From a virus: a DNA stretch of 64,000 bases. This document shows, one piece after another, positions 44,253-54,571 of this stretch. Within the stretch, counting starts at the first letter, position 1. Every line of letters begins with the position of its first letter. The notes under the pieces were generated by a model. That model searched no databases and was not told where the DNA came from. It saw only the letters and a program-made list of their open reading frames with translations. Position numbers and translations under genes: made by a program. The stretch lies in IMG/VR virus record IMGVR_UViG_3300035698_009252, positions 1 through 64,000 of that record; one strand, 5' to 3'.

Positions 44253-44303
44253 GCCTCCTTAGCCTAGTTTTGTGCCAACATTGCCAACATTGCCCGCATT
44301 GCC
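44253..44303 (-). promoter_or_regulatory. Six-copy GGC array in the 5' leader of the YhaM-like gene
   Basis: GCC at 44253, 44262, 44274, 44283, 44292 and 44301. Includes GGCAATG x3. Confidence 0.7.
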
Positions 44304-44322
44304 TTATTATACACTCCAGCCC

Positions 44323-45909
44323 CTATCCGGTGTTGCCCTTTTTTGCCCGAATCTGTCGGATTTTGGATATCATCGTAAAGGAAGCCTTCCTGTGCTCCAT
44401 GGGAATCTGGTCCAGCACCTGGGGTGGCTCTTTTTCCGGGGCAACAACCCCGTCAGCGTCGTCCTGAATCGCAGAAGCCACCTCCGCCGCCTGGGAGTCA
44501 TCCGCGACTCCCCCATCCTTCTGAATGAGATTTTCGGCATCGGCCTCGTTTTTCGGGTCGCCCTTTGCCCCTTCGCCTGGGATTTCCTCAATTCTGCCGA
44601 TTCTTACGCGATGCTTGGCCCGATACCAGAAGGGAGGCCCATCACGATTCTTCTTAACATCACACAGCCAATACACATCCCGCTCCCATTCCTGCCGGTC
44701 AACCTGTTTCTCATCCTTGCCGGTTTCGGTAATGAGCATGAATGTATTAGCCACATGCACTTGGGCCTTGGAGCCGTATACGTCCAGCCTATTTCCTCGT
44801 TTTCCACGCTCCTGTTTCTTCATCACCTCTGTTGCGGCCTGGGTCGGGACAAGAACCGGTAAGCGCAACATACGAGCCAGCTCCTTACAATCGGCAGCCG
44901 CCTTCTTCTGCTCATCGTTCTCTCCCCACGTCTTCTCGATAGGCTTTACGTTAGGCAGATGGTCAATGATGATGAGTCCAATCTTGATGCCTCGGGCTTC
45001 ACACTGCCTGTATGCCTGTTCCGCAAGCGTAATCTCGGTAAACGCAGGAACCTCTTTGATGAAAACACGGCCATGTTTCCAGCTCTGCATAAACCTGCGC
45101 CACTTCTCAAGGTTCTCGTCTGTAATCTCGCCACGCTTGAAGTCCAGATACGGAATCTCCGTGAAGTTTGCATCAAATTTGTGCTCAACTTGCTCCAAGT
45201 ATTCCTCATTAGCCACGTGGAGAACATTTGCTCCAGGATTGAGCATGACCACGTTCATTTCCACTTGCCGAACGAACGTAGATTTCCCGGTACCGGTAAG
45301 CCCGGCAACAAGGGTCAACTCCCCTGGGAATAGTCCTCCCGTCGTATTGTCGAACATGTCGAAGCCAGTCGCCAGGCCCTTGTACTTGTCCGGGTTTTTC
45401 CTCTTATCCAGAAGCGTTTGCTCCCGCTTCTTATAGTCCGTCAACTCTACCAACGGCCTCTCATCCTTGACCCCACTGATAGCAAGAGACTGTCTCTTAA
45501 GAAGGGTCAATGCATCTGCTATCTGCCCTCCCTCAAGAAGAACGTCGACATTCGCCCCGAGCTTCAGGATTTCGCGCCCCGTATCTGCCTCTTCCAACTT
45601 TTGAAGAAGCACCTCTGGTGGGTCTTGCGTCGTTACACCATCAACAAGATTCCATTCCCCAATGAAATACTGCTGGTCACTACCCTCTACCCGCTTTCCC
45701 ACCTCATACTCAAACACCTTCTTGGTTGCTAATTGGCCCGCTGTGTTAATAGACGAGGTTAACACCTCTAGAATGAACTTCCGTTCCACGCTTGTGAAAA
45801 GGTTTTCCTTAACACGGTGAATATAGCGTCGAGACTGAATGACGCTTGTGATAAGAATCTTGAGTAAAGAGCGCTCAAGTTCAACGGTGTAGTCAAATGA
45901 TGTAGGCAT
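44323..45909 (-). CDS. dnaB: Replicative DNA helicase, DnaB-like
   Basis: TGF..FD..TGGLFPGEL, GLTGTGKS, IIIDHL, PTQ, KKNRDGP. Confidence 0.9.
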   Translation of the reverse strand: MPTSFDYTVELERSLLKILITSVIQSRRYIHRVKENLFTSVERKFILEVLTSSINTAGQLATKKVFEYEVGKRVEGSDQQYFIGEWNLVDGVTTQDPPEVLLQKLEEADTGREILKLGANVDVLLEGGQIADALTLLKRQSLAISGVKDERPLVELTDYKKREQTLLDKRKNPDKYKGLATGFDMFDNTTGGLFPGELTLVAGLTGTGKSTFVRQVEMNVVMLNPGANVLHVANEEYLEQVEHKFDANFTEIPYLDFKRGEITDENLEKWRRFMQSWKHGRVFIKEVPAFTEITLAEQAYRQCEARGIKIGLIIIDHLPNVKPIEKTWGENDEQKKAAADCKELARMLRLPVLVPTQAATEVMKKQERGKRGNRLDVYGSKAQVHVANTFMLITETGKDEKQVDRQEWERDVYWLCDVKKNRDGPPFWYRAKHRVRIGRIEEIPGEGAKGDPKNEADAENLIQKDGGVADDSQAAEVASAIQDDADGVVAPEKEPPQVLDQIPMEHRKASFTMISKIRQIRAKKGNTG

Positions 45910-47660
45910 TAGAGAAGTTTAGCCAAATCTTTAGGGCCAAGCCGTCGCAAAACCGCATCTTCGGTATTGTCGCCAAGGACTTGAGCCGTGACCCTGTTTT
46001 TATGATAGATGACAGACCTGATACGCTCTTCAATCGTATTCCGGCAAACGAAATTCACCACAGTGACAACCTCTTTCTGTCCGATTCGATGCGCCCGGTC
46101 CTCCCTCTGAGACATAATCGAGGGGGACCAGAAATCATCATAGTTGATAACGTAACTCGCAGCTTGAAGATTCAATCCGGTAGACATCGCATCTGTGCCA
46201 ACCATCATATCGATAGCCAGGTCATCCTTAAAAGTGGCCTGCATATCGGCCCGCTCTTTCTTCGGAGTATCACCATCAATTCTAAGGTAATTCAGACCCA
46301 TGTCATGCATCAAAACCACAAGGATGTCCAGCATCCCCTTATATTGACTGAAAAGTAGGGCTTTGTTCCCATTATGGAGTACTATTTCTTCCAGAATTTC
46401 CTTCAAAGCATCCATCTTTGAGGTTTTCTTGCAAGTGTCATCCACCATTGCCGGGTAGTTACAAAACTGCTTACACCGGATAAGGGCGACGATGGCCTGG
46501 GCATCCTCGGTTGCCTTGTGGCCACCATCAGCAATGGCTTTGTATATCTTCCGCTCCGCCGGGGACAAGAGCACTATACGGTTCTCGTAAATCTTGTCCG
46601 GCAAGTCCTTAAGCACCTCTTTCTTCATACGTCGAATGAAAAACGGCTGAATACGCTCTGTTACTTCGCCCAGCCGCCTATACCCTGTCACCTTGCCCCA
46701 GAAATCAGTTTCCACATGCCGTTGGAAGAAACGGGTTTTTGAGCCAAGAAGTCCGGGAGCTACCCAATCCATGATACTGTGCAGCTCCTCCAGCTTGCCA
46801 TCCATAGGTGTGCCTGTCAGCGCCATTCTAAAATGCGACCGGAGCCTCTTCACATTCCGGGTGCGCTTGGAGGCATGGTTTCTGATAGCCTGCGCCTCGT
46901 CCACGGCCACGAAATCCCACATTCGCCTGCGAACTGCCCCAAGAATTCTACCCCTTTTCTCCGCTGCCGCCTTCATTTTGAGTTTCCGAGCAACCACTTC
47001 CGGCTTGTCGGACTTCTTTGGTTCGTAATTACGGCCCCCAAAGAGGTCCTCCAGAATCAGTTCGAAGTTGACCACGTAGAAAAACACGTCATCCCGAAGC
47101 CACTGTGCGATGCGCTCGTCCGGGGAGCCGTCAATCACTACATACTTCTCATTCGTGAATTTCTCTATCTCTAGGGGCCAGTTGTACTTAAGGGAAGCCG
47201 GGGTGATGCACAAGGCATTACGGGCCATCCCCTTGTCCTTCAGGTAGAGAGCCGTGGCAAGGGCCTGGAGAGTTTTCCCCAGTCCCATTTCGTCGGAATT
47301 AAGGACACCGGTGCCATTGATGATGGCGAACATGATACCATAACGCTGGTAGTTGTACGGGGAGCCGGTCAGCCCCGGCACTCGGAGCCGAATGGGAACG
47401 TCCTGCTTGGACATCTGGTGGAGCCGAATCAGGTGGGCCTCTTTCCCTTCCTGGACCTTGACATGCTCTTCGATATCCGGGGCAACCCCCACGGATGGCA
47501 TGTGTTTCAAAAGGAAACGAAGGTTATAGAGGGTAAATGTGATGCGCCAAACCTTCGATATGGGGTCCCAGTGTCCCCCGATATCGCTAACGATTTTGCG
47601 CTCGTCGTAACAATCCTCTATGACAATTGTGTTGGCACCATCGACGGACAAATACGGCAT
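45909..47660 (-). CDS. SNF2-family helicase with N-terminal HARP-like domain
   Basis: DEMGLGKT, DEAQ, LTGTP, FSQY, GLNLQAA, QREDRAHRIGQ. Confidence 0.93.
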   Translation of the reverse strand: MPYLSVDGANTIVIEDCYDERKIVSDIGGHWDPISKVWRITFTLYNLRFLLKHMPSVGVAPDIEEHVKVQEGKEAHLIRLHQMSKQDVPIRLRVPGLTGSPYNYQRYGIMFAIINGTGVLNSDEMGLGKTLQALATALYLKDKGMARNALCITPASLKYNWPLEIEKFTNEKYVVIDGSPDERIAQWLRDDVFFYVVNFELILEDLFGGRNYEPKKSDKPEVVARKLKMKAAAEKRGRILGAVRRRMWDFVAVDEAQAIRNHASKRTRNVKRLRSHFRMALTGTPMDGKLEELHSIMDWVAPGLLGSKTRFFQRHVETDFWGKVTGYRRLGEVTERIQPFFIRRMKKEVLKDLPDKIYENRIVLLSPAERKIYKAIADGGHKATEDAQAIVALIRCKQFCNYPAMVDDTCKKTSKMDALKEILEEIVLHNGNKALLFSQYKGMLDILVVLMHDMGLNYLRIDGDTPKKERADMQATFKDDLAIDMMVGTDAMSTGLNLQAASYVINYDDFWSPSIMSQREDRAHRIGQKEVVTVVNFVCRNTIEERIRSVIYHKNRVTAQVLGDNTEDAVLRRLGPKDLAKLL

Positions 47661-47692
47661 CTCATTCTCCTCCCCCGATTATACACCGGGGG

Positions 47693-48160
47693 TCAGCTTC
47701 CGGGCTGAAGAAGATTGAGTATTCCTTCCAAAACCGTATATGTCTTGACTGCCACCGTGGTCAGGGCGACATCGAAGATGTACTGGTCCTCCAGGGAAGC
47801 CGTATCCGCCGGGAGGATATAGAAGAAGCACTCTCCCTCGTCAGCAGCCCCGATGGCCCCCTCCGCAGCAACAGCCGTACTCTTGGTGAAGATGACGGCC
47901 CCACCGGCTTCCTTCCTCACGGTCAAGACAAGCGTGGTTCCTGTCAGGTCCACGACATTAAGGTCTTCGTCTTTGATGTACACCCGGAGCGTCCGGTCGT
48001 TACCAATATACAAGTCTACTCGGAAATGAGGCACGTTCTTCCCTCCTTCTGTCGAATGAAAATAGTTCACCGTCCCGCACATCTGTGTCTCAGGAACGGC
48101 AATGCCTGTCAGCTCCCCCGGACGGAGGAGGCTGGTGTCATAAATGACGTTCGCTCCCAT
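47693..48160 (-). CDS. BppU-N-like virion protein
   Basis: VVDLTGTTL.LTVR...G...F.I.PADTASL...Y.FDV...YTVLEG. Confidence 0.6.
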   Translation of the reverse strand: MGANVIYDTSLLRPGELTGIAVPETQMCGTVNYFHSTEGGKNVPHFRVDLYIGNDRTLRVYIKDEDLNVVDLTGTTLVLTVRKEAGGAVIFTKSTAVAAEGAIGAADEGECFFYILPADTASLEDQYIFDVALTTVAVKTYTVLEGILNLLQPGS

Positions 48161-48173
48161 AATCGGCTCGCTC

Positions 48174-48464
48174 CTATTCCAAAACCTGTAGTTCCTCGGG
48201 GATGTACTGCTCCAGCGCCTCCTCCAACTTCTGTTGGGCCTGGACGAACTCTTGCTGGGTCTTCCGGGTCTCGTCCCGCAATCTTTCGATTTTCTTCTGG
48301 ATACCTCCTGCCGTATCAGACAGCGCCCGCACCTTCGGGTCATCCTTGTGCTGATATTCAGCCATTACAAGGGCCGAATGCCTGATTTTACCCATCTGGT
48401 CGCCCCTCTGGCGTCCTCGCAAGATGGAAACTTGTTCCGCGTCGTCAATCTGTTGTGGCTGCAT
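48174..48464 (-). CDS. Small coiled-coil protein
   Basis: MQPQQIDD..., GGAGG RBS. Confidence 0.55.
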   Translation of the reverse strand: MQPQQIDDAEQVSILRGRQRGDQMGKIRHSALVMAEYQHKDDPKVRALSDTAGGIQKKIERLRDETRKTQQEFVQAQQKLEEALEQYIPEELQVLE

Positions 48465-48561
48465 CTCTCCTCCATTCTGATTTCTTCTCGGCTTCCATTC
48501 TATTATACCCCTTCCACCGGATTTACAATCACTTTTTATCACAAATCATCGGTTTCCATAA

Positions 48562-48819
48562 TCACGAACTGGCAACGGCGAGGTCGGAAATCGTCGTTCC
48601 TTCGAGTGTCTTCAGGTCTGCTATGTCGGGCTCTGGGGGAGGAGCGGGCGGATTAGTGTTTGCAATATCCGCAGCATCTTGCTCGACCTTCCATGCTCTC
48701 AGCAAATCGGGCAGTGCTTTCTTTGTTGTGTCTGCCGGGAATACGGGCTGGGCATGGGGATATTCTTCTAGCTCTACTTCTATCCCTAAATCCGATTGTG
48801 TTATTTTGTTTATTTTCAT
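48562..48819 (-). CDS. Small tail-fibre-associated protein
   Basis: 85 aa, follows the fibre genes. Confidence 0.5.
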   Translation of the reverse strand: MKINKITQSDLGIEVELEEYPHAQPVFPADTTKKALPDLLRAWKVEQDAADIANTNPPAPPPEPDIADLKTLEGTTISDLAVASS

Positions 48820-49400
48820 TATGATACCTTTGTTACGCTAAATGAATTATAGCTATCACCTGTACCCTCTAAAACTTCATTTCCACCGCTGTCCTGATAA
48901 ACCCTTGCTTTGACCGTTTCCCCTACCGCTAAAGCAAAGCTATGAGATAAACTTAATGGAGTATATCCGGGGTTAGAATTAGGCAAACTAGCAATATAGG
49001 GGTCTTGCCCCGTTCCCGAACACTCCAATTTTAAGTAATATCTTTTACCTGTATTTGTAGCTTGCCAAACAACACTCACACTTGCCTGATAAACCCCCGC
49101 TTCTGTGGCTGTAAAAATACCCGTTGCAGGATTATATTCTCCTAAAACATCTTTTTGTTCTTCGTCAAAAAGTATCGTTGTCCATGTATTATTAGCAACA
49201 GTAAAATCTCCTGTTGAAGAATTTATGTTAGCAAATATATGGGATTGTCTAAGCATGCTTACTAGACCACTATCACCATGTACTTGGATAGCTGTTCTGA
49301 CCGTACCACCATCGTTTACCTTTACGAGAACATCTTTATCCTCGATTGGGTTGGATAAAACCAGATCGCCATTACCGTCAAGCACTACACTATAAGACAT
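48819..49400 (-). CDS. C1q-like domain fibre/receptor-binding protein
   Basis: ILFD....D..GEYNPATGIFTATEAGVY, LAVGETV...VYQ. Confidence 0.7.
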   Translation of the reverse strand: MSYSVVLDGNGDLVLSNPIEDKDVLVKVNDGGTVRTAIQVHGDSGLVSMLRQSHIFANINSSTGDFTVANNTWTTILFDEEQKDVLGEYNPATGIFTATEAGVYQASVSVVWQATNTGKRYYLKLECSGTGQDPYIASLPNSNPGYTPLSLSHSFALAVGETVKARVYQDSGGNEVLEGTGDSYNSFSVTKVS

Positions 49401-50085
49401 ACCACACACTCCCGTTACAGATCACGTTCACGTTCTGATATTGTGTTGACAAGATGTAGGTTGCTCTGCCGTCTATCGTTTCAGCAGCGTTCCCGTCAAC
49501 TGTTATTACTCCTGTTCCAATGTTCTTTACAGAAAACGCCGCATTCGAGCTGGTAGCAACTGCTGTGAGCGTGACCGTAAAGGTACCATTGCAAAGAATC
49601 GCATCGTCTTCCGCATCCACTGTGTAGGTGCTGGTTTCTGTTCGCTGTGTACGACTGGCAGTGACGTTAGTTATTCCCGCGCCATCGCCATAGTAGATAG
49701 CATTGGTGAGGGTATTATTGCTTAGGTCGATACCTCCTATGTAATCCCAGAACTCGCCATTCCACTCTATAGAGCCAAACGCAGACTCAAATCCCGCAGA
49801 AATGCGTGGGCGCTTGTCTGGAGTAATGAATACAAACTCTATGGAATTTCCACCGCCAGCCTGATACACTCTAAAGGGGGTGTTATTTGTGATGGTAATC
49901 CCCTCAGTCGTACTAGCTCCATTACCCGTTACTATTTGCAAAGTAACGTTAGTCAACCCCGTAGAAATGTCTATATTTAGTACGCCCGTGTTGGTATTCC
50001 ACTGAACAATCTTCCAATCACTCGCATAGAGAGTCGCACAAGTAACAAAGTAAAGGTAAACCAAAACTAGAAGAGTCTTTTTCAT
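49390..50085 (-). CDS. Fibre-like protein with N-terminal signal-peptide-like segment
   Basis: [22 protein letters not shown]-terminal beta domain TVTL...VKNIGTG.ITVDG..ETIDG...NGSVW. Confidence 0.6.
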   Translation of the reverse strand: MKKTLLVLVYLYFVTCATLYASDWKIVQWNTNTGVLNIDISTGLTNVTLQIVTGNGASTTEGITITNNTPFRVYQAGGGNSIEFVFITPDKRPRISAGFESAFGSIEWNGEFWDYIGGIDLSNNTLTNAIYYGDGAGITNVTASRTQRTETSTYTVDAEDDAILCNGTFTVTLTAVATSSNAAFSVKNIGTGVITVDGNAAETIDGRATYILSTQYQNVNVICNGSVWYVL

Positions 50086-53000
50086 ACGTCCTTCCCAAGT
50101 ACCTGTACTTCTTTAGTACCACCCGATCCATCTGGCACTTCTATAGTCATAATAGCCCAAGAATCATCGTTCACGAATATTCCGCCTTCAAATAGGTTGC
50201 CTTCATCTTGTCCAACATTGCCGTGAATGTTGTACGTCTCCCCCGGACTGGCAACATCAATAGTCCCGTCCGCAATGAGTACATCGCCTGTTGCGTAAAC
50301 AGCGTAAGTGCCATCACATAACCCGACACTTTCCCCTGCGCTGATAAAATATCCCGCGTAACCCGAGCCCCCTAACGCGGCATTGTTGGTGCCACTGACG
50401 AAAAACCCAGCATCGCTCCCGTTTGCTAACGCGGCTGTTTGAGCACCATCGTCAAAATAGCCAGCCTGAGTTGCTCCCCCTTTGTCTGCATACACGCCAT
50501 GTAGAGCGTAAATGCCACCCGTAGTGCTAATGGCTGTGAGCGAGGGATTCTCTATCTCCAGTGTTCCGGTTGTCTTGTAATCGTAAGCGTTCGTACCGCC
50601 GTGAGTAGTGTTGAACCAATACCTAACATCGTGGTCTGGGTTAACCCCGCTAGTATCCCGTGGACTTCCCGCCGAAACGAAGTCTAGTAGGTTATGCTTA
50701 AAATTGTCATCCCCAATAATGTCATTCCAATCACAATCCAAAGCCAGAAGATCAGCACAGGTAACCTTGGGGCACAAGGCGGGCACGTCTCCCGGTAGTA
50801 CATAAGCAATACTGGATAAATCAAGATACTCCAAATCGTGCTTCTGTGAGCTTACCTGTTGACGTACCAATACAAGGTACTTTCCGTCAGCGGTACCTGA
50901 ACCAGAAAAATCAGTTGGCGTATCATCTGCCGTAGTTGTAATGAAATTGTAGAGTCGTAGCTTTGACTGTCCTATCTCGATAGACCTAGATGTAGTAGTC
51001 CACGAACCAGCATCATTAGAATCAATCCGCGCATACGCCTTCGGAGTAACGCCACCTGTACTATAATGGTAATAGGGTATGGCATAATCATTTGCGTACC
51101 TAGTAATCGAATTACTCACTATCAGAGACTCGTATGCACCCGCGTCCTGTAACGCTCCCTCGTTGCGCGAAGCTGCATCAGTAATAAAGTCTAGGCCCTC
51201 TATCCTTTGTATTTCCAAATCTATGTTAGCTATGCCTGACGCCTTACCGTCGGGTCTTACAAAGTCATGGCGAATCTCACCGCCCTTCCAGTACGGCTGA
51301 AACTGTACACAATCCATCGTATTGCCGCCGTCACCAACGGCCTGCCTTTGCACGTCAAACTTGAATAGCTTATGGTATACCAACCCATAGTAATCGGTAA
51401 CCGGGGTGTCGTCCCAATCTTCATGGTCCCATGTGAGTTCATTCACAACCCTGCACGCTACAGGCTCAAGCGACGGGTCATAAGTCATTGATGCTATATC
51501 GGCTGTGTCCGGGGCAATCGTAACGTATACTTCATCATACCCCGCATCGTAATCTGTGTAATCTGTAGTAAACAATGGCGATGATGTAAGGTGCACGTCT
51601 CGCTGTTGCCAATGGCCTTCATGGACATACAGTATTGCCGCCATTGTCGCATGACTGGTTAAAGGCCCATCGGAATCGTAACTAACAACCGTGTGGAAAT
51701 CCAACGCTGTATCAACAATCCCGTAAATAGGATTTATGTCATGGAACATACCATTCTGGTGTTGCGTGACTCCAGTAATCTCGCCCGTGTCATACGCGAT
51801 AGTAGCGATATGTCGAAGCTGCCCAAACGAGTCTGCCTTAAAACCTGTGCCCAGTACGAAACCCCTGCCAAGCATTACCTTGCTATATAGAATCTCGACA
51901 CCGTTTGTGCCGTCACCGCCCTCATCGTAGTCTGTCGATTCGTTGGAGATATCCAGCCAAGCCGAGGTACGCTGGTTCACCCCGTCACTATTCATAAGCA
52001 CGGCATAGACTTCGAGGTTGCCCGTGTAGTCTGATGCAATACTTCCCGCTCCTACTGGGTCGTACTCGTAATCGTATTTCTCTCCGTTGCCACTCATCCT
52101 CCCATTACGAACCCATATGCCCGGACGCACTGTGAACTTTTCTGCGTCGATTGTGCTCTCCTCGACATCCCACATCCGGTCGTTCCCACCCTGGAAGCCC
52201 TGGAGACCCTGGAAGCCCTGGAGACCCTGAAAGCCCTGGAAGCCCTGGAAGCCCTGAAAGCCCTGAGAGCCCCGAAAACCCTGGAAACCCCGATTCCCTT
52301 GGAAACCCTGGAAACCCTGGAGACCATCATTCCCTCCCGAACCCTGGAAACCCTGCAAGCCCTGCAAGCCCTGCAAGCCCTGCAAGCCCTGGAAACCCTG
52401 GAAACCCTGGAAGCCCCGATTCCCTTGGAAACCTTGGAAACCTTGTATGCCTTGAGGCCCTTGAGGTCCTTGGAAACCCTGAGAACCCCGACCCTGAAAA
52501 CCTTGGAAGCCCTGGAATCCCTGGAAGCCCTGGAGACCCTGAAAGCCCTGGAAACCCCGATTCCCTTGGAAACCCCGATTCCCTTGGAAACCCTGGAAAC
52601 CTTGGGGACCCCGCAAGCCCTGGAAACCCTGCAAGCCCTGGAAACCTTGGGGACCTTGCAAGCCCTGCAAGCCCTGGAAACCCTGGAAGCCCTGGAAACC
52701 CTGGAAACCCTGGAAACCTTGGGGACCTTGCAAGCCCTGGAAACCCTGGAAACCATCATTCCCTTGTATGCCTTGAGGCCCTTGAGGTCCTTGGAAACCT
52801 TGAGGCCCTTTAGGCCCTTGAGGCCCCTGGAAACCCTGGAAACCCCGTGGCCCAGGCGGTCCCGGCCCCCCTCCCCCGCTCTCATACCACCCATCTGTTA
52901 TCAGGCCAGGAAGGTCACCAACTTCGGGAGTCTCGAAGTTAGTGATTATTACCGGGCGAGTGAAAATAGGGACAATGTCGAACTGGGGGTCATTGAACTG

Positions 53001-53606
53001 GGGATTGAGTTGAGTACCCTGCAATCCGTACTGGATACCGATATACGGCTGAATGAATCCGCCCGTAACCCACCAGTGTCCCAGGTGCCCCACTGCAAGA
53101 CACAACACTCGTTTGCACAGGTTCTTTTTAACGTCATAATTACTGATGCCGATGGGAAAGATTTCATCTTCGTCGTATACTGTACCCTCATAGGTCTTGT
53201 TGACATTCGTCCAAAACCAAAGGTGAAGGACATTGCTTGTGCGGTCATACGTCAAGCGTGGAGCGTACACCTCGCGCAAGGGCAAAATTGCTTCCGTATC
53301 AAGCGTTGGGCCTTCTTCCGTCTCGTCGGTGACATATGGAACCCAACGATACCCTGAAACAAGTCCCCGGAAATCCTTTCGTGCCCACATCAAGACCCGA
53401 CTGGTCTCATCTACCTCTTGGAGTGGGCTAGATTTCCACTGAAGGCTGTCTTCCCTCGCGTAGCGACGGATTTCCATCCCATCCGTCGCGTCCATCGTAG
53501 TCATCTCGGGAATGAATACCATCGAGTCCCGGTCACTGATTACGACACACTCGGAATGCCGGGACATGTGATAGAAGCTACTCGGGTTTGGATTTATCCA
53601 AGCCAT
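50082..53606 (-). CDS. Collagen-like tail fibre
   Basis: 1174 aa with a long Gly-X-Y tract. Confidence 0.85.
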   Translation of the reverse strand: MAWINPNPSSFYHMSRHSECVVISDRDSMVFIPEMTTMDATDGMEIRRYAREDSLQWKSSPLQEVDETSRVLMWARKDFRGLVSGYRWVPYVTDETEEGPTLDTEAILPLREVYAPRLTYDRTSNVLHLWFWTNVNKTYEGTVYDEDEIFPIGISNYDVKKNLCKRVLCLAVGHLGHWWVTGGFIQPYIGIQYGLQGTQLNPQFNDPQFDIVPIFTRPVIITNFETPEVGDLPGLITDGWYESGGGGPGPPGPRGFQGFQGPQGPKGPQGFQGPQGPQGIQGNDGFQGFQGLQGPQGFQGFQGFQGFQGFQGLQGLQGPQGFQGLQGFQGLRGPQGFQGFQGNRGFQGNRGFQGFQGLQGFQGFQGFQGFQGRGSQGFQGPQGPQGIQGFQGFQGNRGFQGFQGFQGLQGLQGLQGLQGFQGSGGNDGLQGFQGFQGNRGFQGFRGSQGFQGFQGFQGFQGLQGFQGLQGFQGGNDRMWDVEESTIDAEKFTVRPGIWVRNGRMSGNGEKYDYEYDPVGAGSIASDYTGNLEVYAVLMNSDGVNQRTSAWLDISNESTDYDEGGDGTNGVEILYSKVMLGRGFVLGTGFKADSFGQLRHIATIAYDTGEITGVTQHQNGMFHDINPIYGIVDTALDFHTVVSYDSDGPLTSHATMAAILYVHEGHWQQRDVHLTSSPLFTTDYTDYDAGYDEVYVTIAPDTADIASMTYDPSLEPVACRVVNELTWDHEDWDDTPVTDYYGLVYHKLFKFDVQRQAVGDGGNTMDCVQFQPYWKGGEIRHDFVRPDGKASGIANIDLEIQRIEGLDFITDAASRNEGALQDAGAYESLIVSNSITRYANDYAIPYYHYSTGGVTPKAYARIDSNDAGSWTTTSRSIEIGQSKLRLYNFITTTADDTPTDFSGSGTADGKYLVLVRQQVSSQKHDLEYLDLSSIAYVLPGDVPALCPKVTCADLLALDCDWNDIIGDDNFKHNLLDFVSAGSPRDTSGVNPDHDVRYWFNTTHGGTNAYDYKTTGTLEIENPSLTAISTTGGIYALHGVYADKGGATQAGYFDDGAQTAALANGSDAGFFVSGTNNAALGGSGYAGYFISAGESVGLCDGTYAVYATGDVLIADGTIDVASPGETYNIHGNVGQDEGNLFEGGIFVNDDSWAIMTIEVPDGSGGTKEVQVLGKDV
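52190..52870 (-). repeat. 9-bp tandem repeats encoding about 75 Gly-X-Y triplets (mostly GFQ/GLQ/GPQ)
   Basis: CCCTGGAAA-type units visible on the plus strand. Confidence 0.95.
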
Positions 53607-53618
53607 GAATTACACCAT

Positions 53619-54374
53619 TTATTGACAGAACACTAATGCTCGTAGAGGGATACCATCGTCGCCCGAATTGTAGACCCTCACATTTTGACCATCTTCAACA
53701 GTCTCATCTGTGCCATAATACCCCACGGCCACCTCTCCGAGTTTCCCCGTCAAGTCGCCTTCGTACATTCGGGATACTTGTACAAAAGAAATCTTGCGAG
53801 TGGAAGAAAGAAGAAAACCTTTCTTTCCTTCGGACCTGAAATCTACCATTTGGGGGCGCAGCATCGTTCCAGAAGTGGCCATGCTATCCGCATAGACTTT
53901 CCCCTCGGGGCTCTTATCCAGCTTCGGAACATCTCCTGTCAAATCCAGGATAGCCATGAGCATTGCATCATTCACAGTATGTCGCCGGTCCTGGCTATAG
54001 GTGCGAATGGATTGCGGGTTTAACCGAGTTTCCCGAGTCGGGCTCAAGTACAAAAAGTGTTTTTTCTTCCCACTCAGGCCCTCCCAGGAAATATTGGCCC
54101 CTCCACAAAAGTAAACACCCCTCATCACACCCGACGCGGACAAGGCGGACTGTGACGCATTTGCATGCAAATGCACGATAAAGGAGCCTGCCCCCTCATC
54201 AGTCACTTGCCATGCCCCTTCATCAAAAACGCAATTCCGTAAAGACCTGGTTGCGGCCAACAAGATATTCTCCACAAGCTGCCACTTTCGCATCTCCACT
54301 TCCGGGAAGATGCCATCCTTGAGTCCATGGACAGGGATGCCCAGGACCTTTGTTCTGTGCTTATACTTTCTCAT
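53619..54374 (-). CDS. Putative virion/baseplate protein
   Basis: Position within the tail module. Confidence 0.5.
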   Translation of the reverse strand: MRKYKHRTKVLGIPVHGLKDGIFPEVEMRKWQLVENILLAATRSLRNCVFDEGAWQVTDEGAGSFIVHLHANASQSALSASGVMRGVYFCGGANISWEGLSGKKKHFLYLSPTRETRLNPQSIRTYSQDRRHTVNDAMLMAILDLTGDVPKLDKSPEGKVYADSMATSGTMLRPQMVDFRSEGKKGFLLSSTRKISFVQVSRMYEGDLTGKLGEVAVGYYGTDETVEDGQNVRVYNSGDDGIPLRALVFCQ

Positions 54375-54571
54375 AATGCCACCTCTTCTCCTCCAACAAG
54401 GCTTTCGCCCACAATGAAAGGTTTGTATTCCTTGGCCCCTTTTGTTGCCTCTTCCTTACGATTCGGCCTCGTCGTGTTAGAACGAACGAAAACGGGGACA
54501 TGAGGCAAATCCCGCAAAACAGCCTGATTCGAATTCTTCCGAAACCATCTCTCACTTCTTAGCCCTCTCAT
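54371..54571 (-). CDS. Small hypothetical tail-module protein
   Basis: ATG overlaps the TGA of the upstream gene; 66 aa. Confidence 0.45.
   Translation of the reverse strand: MRGLRSERWFRKNSNQAVLRDLPHVPVFVRSNTTRPNRKEEATKGAKEYKPFIVGESLVGGEEVAL

Noticed and set aside
52190-52870. Possible CRISPR array
   Set aside because: The repeats are contiguous coding units with no unique spacers. The Cas4-like nuclease at 9148-9903 is a stand-alone phage exonuclease with no cas context.
52094-53357. Long repetitive ORFs in other frames and on the other strand (LETLET, PGNPGN, SRVSRV)
   Set aside because: These are shadows of the 9-bp collagen repeat.
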